Shown one piece after another: positions 39,525-48,978 of a stretch of DNA of 64,000 nt; within the stretch, counting starts at the first letter, position 1, and each line of letters starts with the position of its first letter. Under the pieces are notes generated by a model. It saw only the letters and a program-made list of their open reading frames with translations, was not told the origin of the DNA and did no database searches. This DNA is from Pseudomonadota bacterium (GTDB lineage Bacteria > Bdellovibrionota_B > Oligoflexia > Silvanigrellales > Silvanigrellaceae): the NCBI GenBank assembly GCA_039799905.1, contig JBDLRP010000026.1, positions 1-64,000 of the forward strand, given 5' to 3'. A program made the position numbers and the translations under genes.

Positions 39525-40305
39525 GGATAAAATCGGCTTCCTGCAGACCGTCCAAAATCGAGCTCTGACCCGAGAGAGGGTCGAGCGCGAGTGTATTTTT
39601 GGGGGCTTTGTCATCAATTCCTCCACCCTCCTGCGCCTGAGTCGCAATCTGAATCTGCGTGCGAATGGCCTCGCCCCAAGGGAAAAAATACACGAAGGCT
39701 GTCTCACCATCGCGCATGTCCGATTGTGACAGAGCTCGCGGCATTCCTTCTGTAGCGATACTCCAGAATACTAACCCGTCCGGTAGACGTCTGCGTGTCA
39801 GAATTGCATCTTCCACCTCGGTCCACTTCTTTTCCTTCAACACATTCCTCTGCACGGCCAATATAGACCGCACACTGTAGGCGCGCTCGGAATTTCCTCC
39901 GCCTGCCCTGCGAGAGTCGGTAAAAAGTTTGTCCAAATCTTCAACCAAACGCAGCTTGAAGTCTTCCTGCCGCTGTTGCGCGGCTGATTTATCGAAATTC
40001 TGTGCGGACGGACGACCCGAAAAATTGACCGGTGCCTCCTCCACCCAATATTCACCCGAGCGTAGCGAAAAAACCACACGGTTCAAGCGGCCGGAGAGTA
40101 TGGCGTTGTCATAAGCAGAGCGCATTGTTCCGGCAATCTCGCGCAGGCTCATCGACATCCGCGAGGTGAGAGTCAGTCCGATATTGGGAAGAATCACTGA
40201 AGCAATGGAACCCATAATGGCCATCACCAAAATGATTTCCAAAAGAGTAAAGCCGGATTGATTCCGGCCTGTGTTTGTCCGTGTTGACAAAAATGCTCTG
40301 AACAC
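39514..40305 (-). CDS. gspH: Type II secretion minor pseudopilin GspH
   Basis: QSG|FTLLE prepilin motif; VYFFPWG; follows gspG. Confidence 0.8.
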   Translation of the reverse strand: MFRAFLSTRTNTGRNQSGFTLLEIILVMAIMGSIASVILPNIGLTLTSRMSMSLREIAGTMRSAYDNAILSGRLNRVVFSLRSGEYWVEEAPVNFSGRPSAQNFDKSAAQQRQEDFKLRLVEDLDKLFTDSRRAGGGNSERAYSVRSILAVQRNVLKEKKWTEVEDAILTRRRLPDGLVFWSIATEGMPRALSQSDMRDGETAFVYFFPWGEAIRTQIQIATQAQEGGGIDDKAPKNTLALDPLSGQSSILDGLQEADFIRER

Positions 40306-40351
40306 GGCTATTCACTCTCCTTAAAGAAATGCGCGCAAAGCTCGCACGAAC

Positions 40352-40861
40352 TCACTGAGCCGGAGCTTGTCCGCCGGCAGAGTTGGCAGCCGCTGCATCA
40401 GCCTCGCGGCCGTTGACGAACGTCATGTCGTCTTCCGTTCCGGATTGACCATCGGGTCCCCAAGAAACCAGCTTGCTCCCCTTGGCGGTCAGCTCGTATT
40501 CGAACTTATTGCCCCAAGCGTCTTTCACATCATCTTCTGCGCCGATGTAGGGACCAGACCATTTAGCACCGGCGCCAGGGTTGTTGAGCAACGCCTCAAC
40601 TCCTTCAGCAGTTGACGGAAACCGACCAATCTCGGCTTGATATTTCAGCAACGATGCTTGGATATTGCTGACCTTGACGGATGTTTCCTTCTTCTTGGCC
40701 TGCGTGCCACCGCTTCCCAGACCACCAATGAGCACCGCCATCAGTGTTCCAAGAATACCGAGAACAATGATGATTTCGAGCAGCGTAAAACCAGCCTGCG
40801 CCGAGCGGCCTGCAGCAGTTGCGGAACGGGCCGAAACAAAGGAACGAAGACGCTTCAACAT
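40352..40861 (-). CDS. gspG: Type II secretion major pseudopilin GspG
   Basis: QAG|FTLLE, GRFPSTAEG, WSGPY, KDAWGN and SWGPDG motifs. Confidence 0.92.
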   Translation of the reverse strand: MLKRLRSFVSARSATAAGRSAQAGFTLLEIIIVLGILGTLMAVLIGGLGSGGTQAKKKETSVKVSNIQASLLKYQAEIGRFPSTAEGVEALLNNPGAGAKWSGPYIGAEDDVKDAWGNKFEYELTAKGSKLVSWGPDGQSGTEDDMTFVNGREADAAAANSAGGQAPAQ

Positions 40862-40886
40862 AAAACACTCCCCAGTCAGGTGAACA

Positions 40887-42119
40887 CTATTTCAAACTAT
40901 TCATCGCCTGCATCATTGGTCCAAGAACCGACATCACCATCAACATCACTATACCCGCAATCATAATTGTCATCAGTGGGTTGATGAGCTTTGTGGTTGC
41001 CTCGATCTTGTAGTCAACTTCATCATCATACGCTTCGGCGATGTTGACGAGCATCTCTTCCAGTTTTCCCGTTTTTTCTCCGGTGCGCAACATATGCACG
41101 ACCATAACGGGAAAGCGGTTGGTCTTTTCAATTGCGGCAGCCAGCTTCTCACCATCCTGCACACGACGGATCGATTCGTCGATCGCGTCCTCCAAAACGG
41201 CATTGTCCACGACGTTTCTGGTTAGCTGCAGGCCTTCGACGATACGCACACCAGAGGACAAGACGGTCGACAGTGTTTTCGAGAAGCGCGACACAGCAAC
41301 TCGCTGAACCAGTGGCCCGAAGACAGGCATATTATATGTGAAAGTATCAAATTGCCGACGCCCCTTTGCTGTCGCCTTCCAACGTAAAAACAAAATAACG
41401 GAACCTATCAGCGCCAAGACAACAAGCCACCAACGATCTTGCAACCAAGCTGAAATATTGTTCAGCATCACCGAATACCACGGCAACGTTACCTTAAGCG
41501 AAGAAAAAGCCTTGGTGATTTTAGGCAATACATTCACGAACAGAAAGAGAGTGACGCCAATAGCCACTACCACCATGATTGCCGGCGTGATGAGCGCCCC
41601 AACCACTTTTCTCTTGATGGCGATCTGCCATGCAGTGAACTCCGCCAGACGTCGCAATACGACGGGCAAAGCACCGGCCTTTTCTGCTGCTGCAATCATG
41701 TTGACGTACACAGACGGAAAAATATCTGGGAACTCTTTGTGGGCATCGGAAAGCGCGCGGCCCTCGGACACGGATTCACGGATTTTCGAATACACAACCC
41801 GCAATTTTGGATTCTCAACCTGCTCTGAGATCGACCTAAGCGCTTCCGAAACGTCGACCGCGGCTTTTGTCAAAATCGCAAATTGCTTTGTTGCAAGGGC
41901 CAAGTCCTCGGCTGTCACCTTTTGGTCATTCAGACGTTCCCACAAGCTCTGCTGGCCGGATGACGACGTCGCACCGCTCGCCTGCGGCTTGATGTCGATC
42001 ACCAAAATATTCTGCCGGCGCAACTTGAGCTTGGCGTCTTTCAGCGAATCGGCATCAACGCTTGCCTTAATTTTTTTACCTGTCTGGGCATTCTGGCCCG
42101 TATAAACAAAGACTGGCAT
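40887..42119 (-). CDS. gspF: Type II secretion inner-membrane platform GspF
   Basis: YVNMIAAAEKAG and GEKTGKLEEML motifs; three TM segments. Confidence 0.92.
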   Translation of the reverse strand: MPVFVYTGQNAQTGKKIKASVDADSLKDAKLKLRRQNILVIDIKPQASGATSSSGQQSLWERLNDQKVTAEDLALATKQFAILTKAAVDVSEALRSISEQVENPKLRVVYSKIRESVSEGRALSDAHKEFPDIFPSVYVNMIAAAEKAGALPVVLRRLAEFTAWQIAIKRKVVGALITPAIMVVVAIGVTLFLFVNVLPKITKAFSSLKVTLPWYSVMLNNISAWLQDRWWLVVLALIGSVILFLRWKATAKGRRQFDTFTYNMPVFGPLVQRVAVSRFSKTLSTVLSSGVRIVEGLQLTRNVVDNAVLEDAIDESIRRVQDGEKLAAAIEKTNRFPVMVVHMLRTGEKTGKLEEMLVNIAEAYDDEVDYKIEATTKLINPLMTIMIAGIVMLMVMSVLGPMMQAMNSLK

Positions 42120-42157
42120 GACCCCTTCTCCGGCAGAAAACTGCACCGCAGGTAAAT

Positions 42158-43978
42158 TTATTCATCAACTTGTGTCTTGTGTAATGCTTCATCCAAAGTG
42201 GTTTCGCCGTTGAGGAAGCGTTCAACCGCGGAATCGCGCAGAGTTGTCATTCCGCGTGTCATTGCGATCTTTCTGAGCGCTGCACCATCGACACTTTTTA
42301 CAATCTGCTGGCGGATGGCATCATCAAAAACCAGCAATTCATAGATGCCGGCACGGCCCGAGTAACCCAGATTTTTACAGGATGCACAGCCCGTTGGGCG
42401 TGCCTTGTACAATTTCTTTCCAGCAACCCGCTCAGGAGTCAGGCCAATAACCGCCAGTTCCTCAGGAGTGTGAGTGGTGAGTTCACGACAGGTCAAACAA
42501 ACCCGCTTCATGAGCCGGACCGCCAGAACTCCCAAAACAGTTGTGGTGATCTGGAATGGCTCGACTCCAAGGTCCGCGAGTCGTGTCACACTGGAGGCAG
42601 TGTCGTTGGTGTGAAGTGTACTGAGAACCAAGTGACCCGTCATGGCGGCCTGAACTGCAATCTGTGCCGTCTCGGAGTCACGGATTTCACCAATCAACAC
42701 GACGTCGGGGTCCTGACGGAGAATGGAGCGCAGACCAGCCGCAAAAGTCAGGCCCGCCTTTTCGTTCACCTCGACCTGCCCCACACCTGGAAGGGCAACT
42801 TCAACAGGATCCTCGACAGTAATGATGTTTACGTCAGGCTTGTTGATGTGCATCAACGAGGAAGCCAGCGTTGAGGTTTTACCGGAACCCGTCGGACCGG
42901 TCACCAAAACGATTCCGTGCTTTGAATGAATGAGAGCTTCAAAGCCTTTTAAAATCTTCTCAGGCATTCCCATGGTCGGAAGCTCGCGCACGCCTGAACT
43001 CTTATCAAGGATACGCATCACGATGCGCTCACCGAATTTGGTTGGCAGCGCACTCACACGAACGTCGCAGTCGCGTCCGCCGACACGCAGCGAAATTCGA
43101 CCATCCTGCGGAATGCGGCTTTCGGCAATGTTGAGCTTGCCGAGAATCTTGATGCGGGTTGTCACGTTGGCCTGATACTTTTTGGGAATAGTACGAACTT
43201 CACGCAAACTGCCGTCCACACGGAAGCGCACGGAGACGCGATCTTCAAATGGCTCGATGTGAATATCGGATGCCTTTTCGCTGATCGCACGGCGAATGAT
43301 TGTACTCACCTCGCGGCGAACAGGTGCGTCTTCTGTGTCATGAAGAAGGTCGGTCGCTTCTTCGAGGCCGGCCAAATCATCACCTTCGTCGTTGGCGAGA
43401 CCCTGCGTGGTTTCGCGCGACATATCCTGACGCTCGAACACACTGTTGATAGCTGATTCGATGGTTGTCTTGGGGCACACCACTCTGAAGATTGCACTGC
43501 CGAGAATGAGCCGGAGATCATCCACAGCCGATACGTTGAGCGGATCGAAAACCGCAACCGTGACACCTGTCGCATCTTTTGAAATAGGTACGACCAGATT
43601 CTGAGAACAAAAACCGATACTCAAATCCCGCACGAGTTCGGCATCAATATCATTGATGGGAAGTGAGTCCAGATACGGCAGCTCGAGCTGAATGGCCAAC
43701 CCTTGCAGGATGTCATTCTGCTCGACCAATTCGGACTCAAGAAGAATCGAACCGACCTTCTGCTGTCCGCCGCGTAGCTGTTGAATTTTCAGTGCCTCTT
43801 TTAGCTGCTCGTCGGTGATCTTTTTACGATCCACCAAAATCTCACCCAACGTCTTGCGGCCAAACCGCTGCGGAACGGATTGTGTGAAATTGCCAGGCCC
43901 TTCCTCACCGGGAGCCCTGCCTTTTTGAGCTTTTTCAAGCACCGAGAATACTTGTTCGACAGCTTGATTCTTGTCCAT
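42158..43978 (-). CDS. gspE: Type II secretion ATPase GspE
   Basis: ASDIHIEP, GPTGSGKT, LRQDPDVVLIGEIRD, GHLVLSTLHTN; tetracysteine motif. Confidence 0.95.
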   Translation of the reverse strand: MDKNQAVEQVFSVLEKAQKGRAPGEEGPGNFTQSVPQRFGRKTLGEILVDRKKITDEQLKEALKIQQLRGGQQKVGSILLESELVEQNDILQGLAIQLELPYLDSLPINDIDAELVRDLSIGFCSQNLVVPISKDATGVTVAVFDPLNVSAVDDLRLILGSAIFRVVCPKTTIESAINSVFERQDMSRETTQGLANDEGDDLAGLEEATDLLHDTEDAPVRREVSTIIRRAISEKASDIHIEPFEDRVSVRFRVDGSLREVRTIPKKYQANVTTRIKILGKLNIAESRIPQDGRISLRVGGRDCDVRVSALPTKFGERIVMRILDKSSGVRELPTMGMPEKILKGFEALIHSKHGIVLVTGPTGSGKTSTLASSLMHINKPDVNIITVEDPVEVALPGVGQVEVNEKAGLTFAAGLRSILRQDPDVVLIGEIRDSETAQIAVQAAMTGHLVLSTLHTNDTASSVTRLADLGVEPFQITTTVLGVLAVRLMKRVCLTCRELTTHTPEELAVIGLTPERVAGKKLYKARPTGCASCKNLGYSGRAGIYELLVFDDAIRQQIVKSVDGAALRKIAMTRGMTTLRDSAVERFLNGETTLDEALHKTQVDE

Positions 43979-43990
43979 GTGACTTGTTCC

Positions 43991-46540
43991 TTATTCACCT
44001 GCGGGAACGGGCGCCGCCGGCGGCGGCGGTGCACTTGACCCGCCAGAGTCGCCGCCACCCAACGATCCGCCCGAGCCCTGAGCGCCCGGAACGATGATTG
44101 GATTGGCATCCGAGCTTGGCAAGCCTTGCCTGGTCCCGCTGTTGTCAATCTTTTCCATTCCCGAATCCGGCGCCGCCGCTGGCTTCGCATCTGCACCGTT
44201 TGCGGCAGGTGTTTCTGGAGCTGCCGGAGTCAGACCACCCGAAGCTGCAGGAAGCGCAGATGTTTTGTTCGGTGTCTTTCCTTCGTCAAGACTGCGAAGG
44301 CGTTTGAAGACATCTCGCTTGCGGAAGTCGCTTCCATAAAAGGCGCGCAAAAATTCGTCCTGAGCCTTCACTTTTTTATCATAAATCTTGCCAAGGTCAT
44401 CAGAACTTCTCACAACATGTGGAGTGAGGAAAATCATCAGTGTCGTCTTGGCCTTCGTCTTCGAGGAGTTTCTGAACAACCAGCCGATAATCGGAATATC
44501 TCCGAGCAGCGGAACTTTGTCCTTGCCCTCAATCTCCAAGTCGCGCTGTAAACCGCTGATGACGATGGTCTGCTCGTTTTGAACGGTGACCTTCGTGTTG
44601 AACGAACGCTTGTTGGTTTGTTCCGGACGATTTTCCGCGTTGCGCCGGCCAAAGCTTTCGGCCTTGATGGCGACATCCATGCTGACGAAATCAGCCTTGG
44701 AGATTTGCGGCTTGATTTTGACACTCAAAGTCGCATCGAGCGTCTCAATCTTCTGCGAACGGATTTTCGTCAGCGGATCTTCTTGGTTGATGAGAATATT
44801 CTCGCGCTCGGTTGCCTCGAATGTGGAGTCTTCGTTGTCGGCCACCAACAAACTCGGCGTCTGAAGAACGTTCGAGTTGCTGTCTTGCTTGAGAGCAAAA
44901 ATAAATGCGCCCGGTGACAACTTGATTCCGCCGATCTCCACCTGCTTACTGCTCAGCACACCCAAGAGCGCCTGCGATGGAATCGCCTTGCTCAACAAAT
45001 CCTGCTGTTCGGTGACGCTGGCGTTTTGCTTGGTCACCGCGAACGGAGCCATTCCCCCCGGTTTCCAGCCGAGCGGCACGTTTGCCTTGCCGTTCAATGC
45101 GGTGGTGCCGGCAAGAAACGACGTCGAAAGGGACGTTTGGTTGCCGAGGTTGACGTCAATAATGTCGGTTTCGACATAAACCTGATCACGACGTTTATCG
45201 AGCTGTCGGATGATTTGGTCGATCTCGTTGAAGGCAGCCTTTGAGCCTTGAATTATCAGGGCGTTCGTCGCCTTGTCGGCAGTGATCTTCACACCACCAA
45301 TGTCAGCTGTACCGCCGGGAGCTGACGGTTGTCCCGGATTGTTGTTTCCAGGCGCATTGTTGTTGCGCCGGCCACGCAGGGAGCTGGAGCCCTGCGCCAA
45401 CGACTGCAGAGTGCCCGCAAGCTTCTCTGCATCTGCATAGTCCAGCGGACGAACGTGGATCTGTGCCTGCGAACCCAAGTCTTCGAGTGGTTTGTCGAGT
45501 CGGGCGACAAGCCGCGCAACGTCGTCCAGCCCGCGTGGCGGCCCGATGAGAATCAGACTGTTCGTTCGTTCATCGACAATCACCTTCTGCAAATAAAGCG
45601 CTCCGCCGCCACCGCGTGCCCCGAAAACATCCTGTATCTTTTTACCGATGTCGTTCGCATCAGTGTTCTTCACGGGCAAGATTGCGACCTGAGGCTGATT
45701 GCCCTTCACGTCCAACAACCTGATGATTTCCAAAAGACGACGAATTTTGTGACCGGTGTCCGAGACGATCAAAGAGTTAGTCGTCTGAAACGGGACTGGA
45801 TTCGATTCGCGGAGGATTGTTCTCAGCTGATTGGAAACCGTCTGCGCATCAATGTACGACAGCGGTATGATCTGTGTGATGATTTCATCTGTCATTGGCG
45901 CCCAGCTGGCACCATAGAAAGTCTTGATGTTGGAGGCAGTGGCCTGACGCGTCGGCACGATCTTGATTGCCTTGCCGGTATCAACCGTTGTGTAGCCCGC
46001 AACGTTGAGCGCACTCAGGAATGCCTGATACGCCTCTTCTTTGGTGACCTGTTGAGGCGAAATAATGGCGACCTTGGCGCCGGAAGAAACACCCTGTCCG
46101 AGAATGAAGTTCTTGCCCGTCCATTGGCTGACAGCCTTGATGATGTCCTTGATAGGTGTTGGCTCAGGAAAGTCGATGCTGACCAGTTCCTGTCCGCGCG
46201 GTACCTTTTTCGCAGGTATCGAAGCCTTGGGAACAGATGGTGTTTTCGGCTTCGACGAACCACCGCCGAACGATCCTCCCGACGAGCCGGAGCCGGCATC
46301 ATCATAATTGACTCCGCTGTCGACCGGTGGTGGAGGCTCGTCCAGCGGAGGTGCACCCGCGTCATCGGCTGGCGGAGGTGGTGGTGGAGGCGGTGGAGGT
46401 GGCGGAGGTGCATCCTGCGCAATCGCAGATGGCGTTCCGAGCAACTTGGGGCTGGCAGTCAGAACACCGAGCAGCGCGAGGGCAACTGGTGCGGTGCGTC
46501 TGATAACAACTGGAGAATGAATCCCTTTTTTCATATTCAC
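43991..46540 (-). CDS. gspD: Type II secretion secretin GspD with poly-Pro N-terminal extension
   Basis: VSQWTGKNFI, DERTNSLI, DKATNALII and KVPLLGDIPIIGWLFR motifs. Confidence 0.95.
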   Translation of the reverse strand: MNMKKGIHSPVVIRRTAPVALALLGVLTASPKLLGTPSAIAQDAPPPPPPPPPPPPPADDAGAPPLDEPPPPVDSGVNYDDAGSGSSGGSFGGGSSKPKTPSVPKASIPAKKVPRGQELVSIDFPEPTPIKDIIKAVSQWTGKNFILGQGVSSGAKVAIISPQQVTKEEAYQAFLSALNVAGYTTVDTGKAIKIVPTRQATASNIKTFYGASWAPMTDEIITQIIPLSYIDAQTVSNQLRTILRESNPVPFQTTNSLIVSDTGHKIRRLLEIIRLLDVKGNQPQVAILPVKNTDANDIGKKIQDVFGARGGGGALYLQKVIVDERTNSLILIGPPRGLDDVARLVARLDKPLEDLGSQAQIHVRPLDYADAEKLAGTLQSLAQGSSSLRGRRNNNAPGNNNPGQPSAPGGTADIGGVKITADKATNALIIQGSKAAFNEIDQIIRQLDKRRDQVYVETDIIDVNLGNQTSLSTSFLAGTTALNGKANVPLGWKPGGMAPFAVTKQNASVTEQQDLLSKAIPSQALLGVLSSKQVEIGGIKLSPGAFIFALKQDSNSNVLQTPSLLVADNEDSTFEATERENILINQEDPLTKIRSQKIETLDATLSVKIKPQISKADFVSMDVAIKAESFGRRNAENRPEQTNKRSFNTKVTVQNEQTIVISGLQRDLEIEGKDKVPLLGDIPIIGWLFRNSSKTKAKTTLMIFLTPHVVRSSDDLGKIYDKKVKAQDEFLRAFYGSDFRKRDVFKRLRSLDEGKTPNKTSALPAASGGLTPAAPETPAANGADAKPAAAPDSGMEKIDNSGTRQGLPSSDANPIIVPGAQGSGGSLGGGDSGGSSAPPPPAAPVPAGE

Positions 46541-47730
46541 TTCACCCGTATAGTGCGTGTAATTGGTTCGCCATTTCGTAGTATGTTGATCGTTGTAGTC
46601 CGTTCTTCTTGCAAAGACTGATAGAGTTTGAAGCCCTGACCTGCATCCTTCAGACTGATGCCATTAACTTCCGTCAACACATCTCCGTTCTGGATTTGGA
46701 TGCGGTCAAACAAGCAACTGGTTGCGATTGAAATCATCTTGAATCCTTGCATCTTTCCGGACGGGTCAATTTCAGGAATTAGTTTCGCACAGTTTAATAT
46801 CGTCGCGTAACCCGGACCTATCTCCTGAGAAATAAATGCAGCGTCAAACTCAAACTCTTTTGATTCACCCGGAGCCTTTGCCGATGAGGCCGATTGCGAA
46901 AAATCTCCCGATGAATCCTTCTTCGCGTATCCGCTGATGGCAACGCAAATCTTGGTGTCGCCCTTGCGTACCTCGAGCGTACCGCGTTCGACTTTGTAAA
47001 TTTCGTAGTCTTCATGATCGATGATCGCGTCGCCTGGCTTGTAAATGTCGGCCTCGGGTATTTTGGAGTCCTTGAGAATTACAAAACTCTTACGCGGATC
47101 GCCCGTGTAAATTGTTCCATTGATTTGCACAGGCAGATCACCCGTCGAGCAAGGGACGCTGTCAAAGTCGAGACTCAGATTCTTCCTGACGCCCTTGACC
47201 TCTGTGACATTTGACTCAGGTGCGAGCTTACCTTCGGAATTGAAAATATTTCTGCCGAGAATTTCTTTCTTGATCAGTGACGTGTTCGCGAGTTGCGGGG
47301 AACCCAGCGCAACCGGTCCGCCCATCGCCATGTCATCTGTCTCTGTATCCACGGCGGCCTTGCCCGGCTTCTTGCCTTTGCCCACACTCTTGGTCAGCGA
47401 AAGAATTCCGTTCGCCGCAAAGGTACTGATCGAGTTGGCCAGAAAAAAACTGACGACCAACACGGCGGCAATTCCCTGAATCAATTTCCAGTCGAAACGC
47501 CGCAGCACCGGCAGGACCGACAGCTGAAACCACTGACCAAACAACAAGGTTACATGGATCAAACGGTTTTTGAGCCGATCAAAGGCCTCTGAGTCGGTAA
47601 AACTCCACTGTGGTTGTGGTGTAGCTCCCTTTTTTTGTCCGCTGAAGCGCCTGCGCAAGGAGCCGAACAGGGCTTTCAAGCGCCCCGCCAGTCCATCACT
47701 CTTTTTTGGCTCATACCAACGGTTGCTCAC
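46537..47730 (-). CDS. gspC: GspC-like protein with PDZ domain (paralog 2)
   Basis: TM anchor; ILGRNIFNS; HR domain; PDZ GFKM...IQNGDVLTEVNG. Confidence 0.8.
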   Translation of the reverse strand: MSNRWYEPKKSDGLAGRLKALFGSLRRRFSGQKKGATPQPQWSFTDSEAFDRLKNRLIHVTLLFGQWFQLSVLPVLRRFDWKLIQGIAAVLVVSFFLANSISTFAANGILSLTKSVGKGKKPGKAAVDTETDDMAMGGPVALGSPQLANTSLIKKEILGRNIFNSEGKLAPESNVTEVKGVRKNLSLDFDSVPCSTGDLPVQINGTIYTGDPRKSFVILKDSKIPEADIYKPGDAIIDHEDYEIYKVERGTLEVRKGDTKICVAISGYAKKDSSGDFSQSASSAKAPGESKEFEFDAAFISQEIGPGYATILNCAKLIPEIDPSGKMQGFKMISIATSCLFDRIQIQNGDVLTEVNGISLKDAGQGFKLYQSLQEERTTTINILRNGEPITRTIRVK

Positions 47731-47731
47731 G

Positions 47732-48754
47732 TTACTTCACCTGAATCTTAAGCGGCATCGAGACGCCGTTGCGTTTGATATTGAGTTCGATTGCATTTTC
47801 CTGACGGAGCGAATTGAGTGTCTGGATAGCACGTGCCGCATCGTTGAGGTCGATTCCGTTGATCGTCTCTACTACGTCGCCGTCCTGAAATCCCATTTTC
47901 TCATAAACACTGTCTGGTCTGATTCTCGTCAGCACGAATCCTTTGACTTCGCCGTTGACCAAATTCGGGCTCGCTTTGGCGTCCTGCAGCGTCTTGGCGA
48001 AATCCGACGTCAGAGCCTTATCAACCCAACGCCTGTCAGCAACAATGTTTCCATCCTTGCTGCGCGTGAAGCCAGATTCACTGAACTCAAGACCAGGTGC
48101 CGAATTGCCTGCCGACAAACCCGACGACTGCGATCGGGCGACACCAGGAACACGTCTTTTGACGACCTCAGGTTGCTGGAGGTCCAAGAACTCCGGACAT
48201 CCGGAGCCATCTCTTTCAAAAAAGACTTTGTCTCTTTGAATGTCGACAATCTTGGCCTCGCCGGGAACTACGTCGTTGAAAATGAACGTGTCAGCCTGCT
48301 TCGTTGCGGTCGATTCCAACAAAACCAAACTTGTTTCCTTCGTGCCTCCGAAGATGACACCAGTAAACTTAAGCGGCAGGTCAGACTTCACAGCGGCGCA
48401 CTGCGTTTGCGTGCTTGCCTCCTTGCTGACTTCTTCGCGCTGCTCGGAGTTGAAGATGTTGCGCTTGAGAATTTCCTTGTACTCATCTGCCTTCGGCCGT
48501 TCGGCAAACTTGATTGCTGCAGAAACGCCGTCACCCGCCGAGCGACCGCTCTTTTTGCTTGTCTTGATCTGCTCAAAAAATACATATTTAACGAGCATCA
48601 TGTTGACTGCTGCCGACAGCACAACTGCGAAGGCGCCTACGGCAAACCAGCGGGCGAATACTGAGAACGGAGGTATGTTTGCGTTGGCCAGATCAAACTT
48701 CTGTTGCCACGCAGTGACATAGCTTTTTAACAGAATCCTTATTCGCTGATGCAC
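47732..48754 (-). CDS. gspC: GspC protein with PDZ domain (paralog 1)
   Basis: TM anchor; ILKRNIFNS; DLPLKFTG; PDZ GFVLTRIRPDS...GFQDGDVVETING. Confidence 0.85.
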   Translation of the reverse strand: MHQRIRILLKSYVTAWQQKFDLANANIPPFSVFARWFAVGAFAVVLSAAVNMMLVKYVFFEQIKTSKKSGRSAGDGVSAAIKFAERPKADEYKEILKRNIFNSEQREEVSKEASTQTQCAAVKSDLPLKFTGVIFGGTKETSLVLLESTATKQADTFIFNDVVPGEAKIVDIQRDKVFFERDGSGCPEFLDLQQPEVVKRRVPGVARSQSSGLSAGNSAPGLEFSESGFTRSKDGNIVADRRWVDKALTSDFAKTLQDAKASPNLVNGEVKGFVLTRIRPDSVYEKMGFQDGDVVETINGIDLNDAARAIQTLNSLRQENAIELNIKRNGVSMPLKIQVK

Positions 48755-48978
48755 AAATGCCCTCGACCCTCTGTAGTTACGTTATCTTATCATGCCATGT
48801 TTTACCCGAATGCAACTGGTCCACATCGCCTTCCTGACGTGGGCAAAAATGCTGCAAACCACGTCACCTTGTTGACGTGGTGCGAGAATGCACCCTGAGT
48901 CAGCGGAAAAACTGGGACGATAAGACCGTCGGTCAGTAGTCACACCGCCTCACGAGCGGGTGTTGGAAGGACTTGGTC

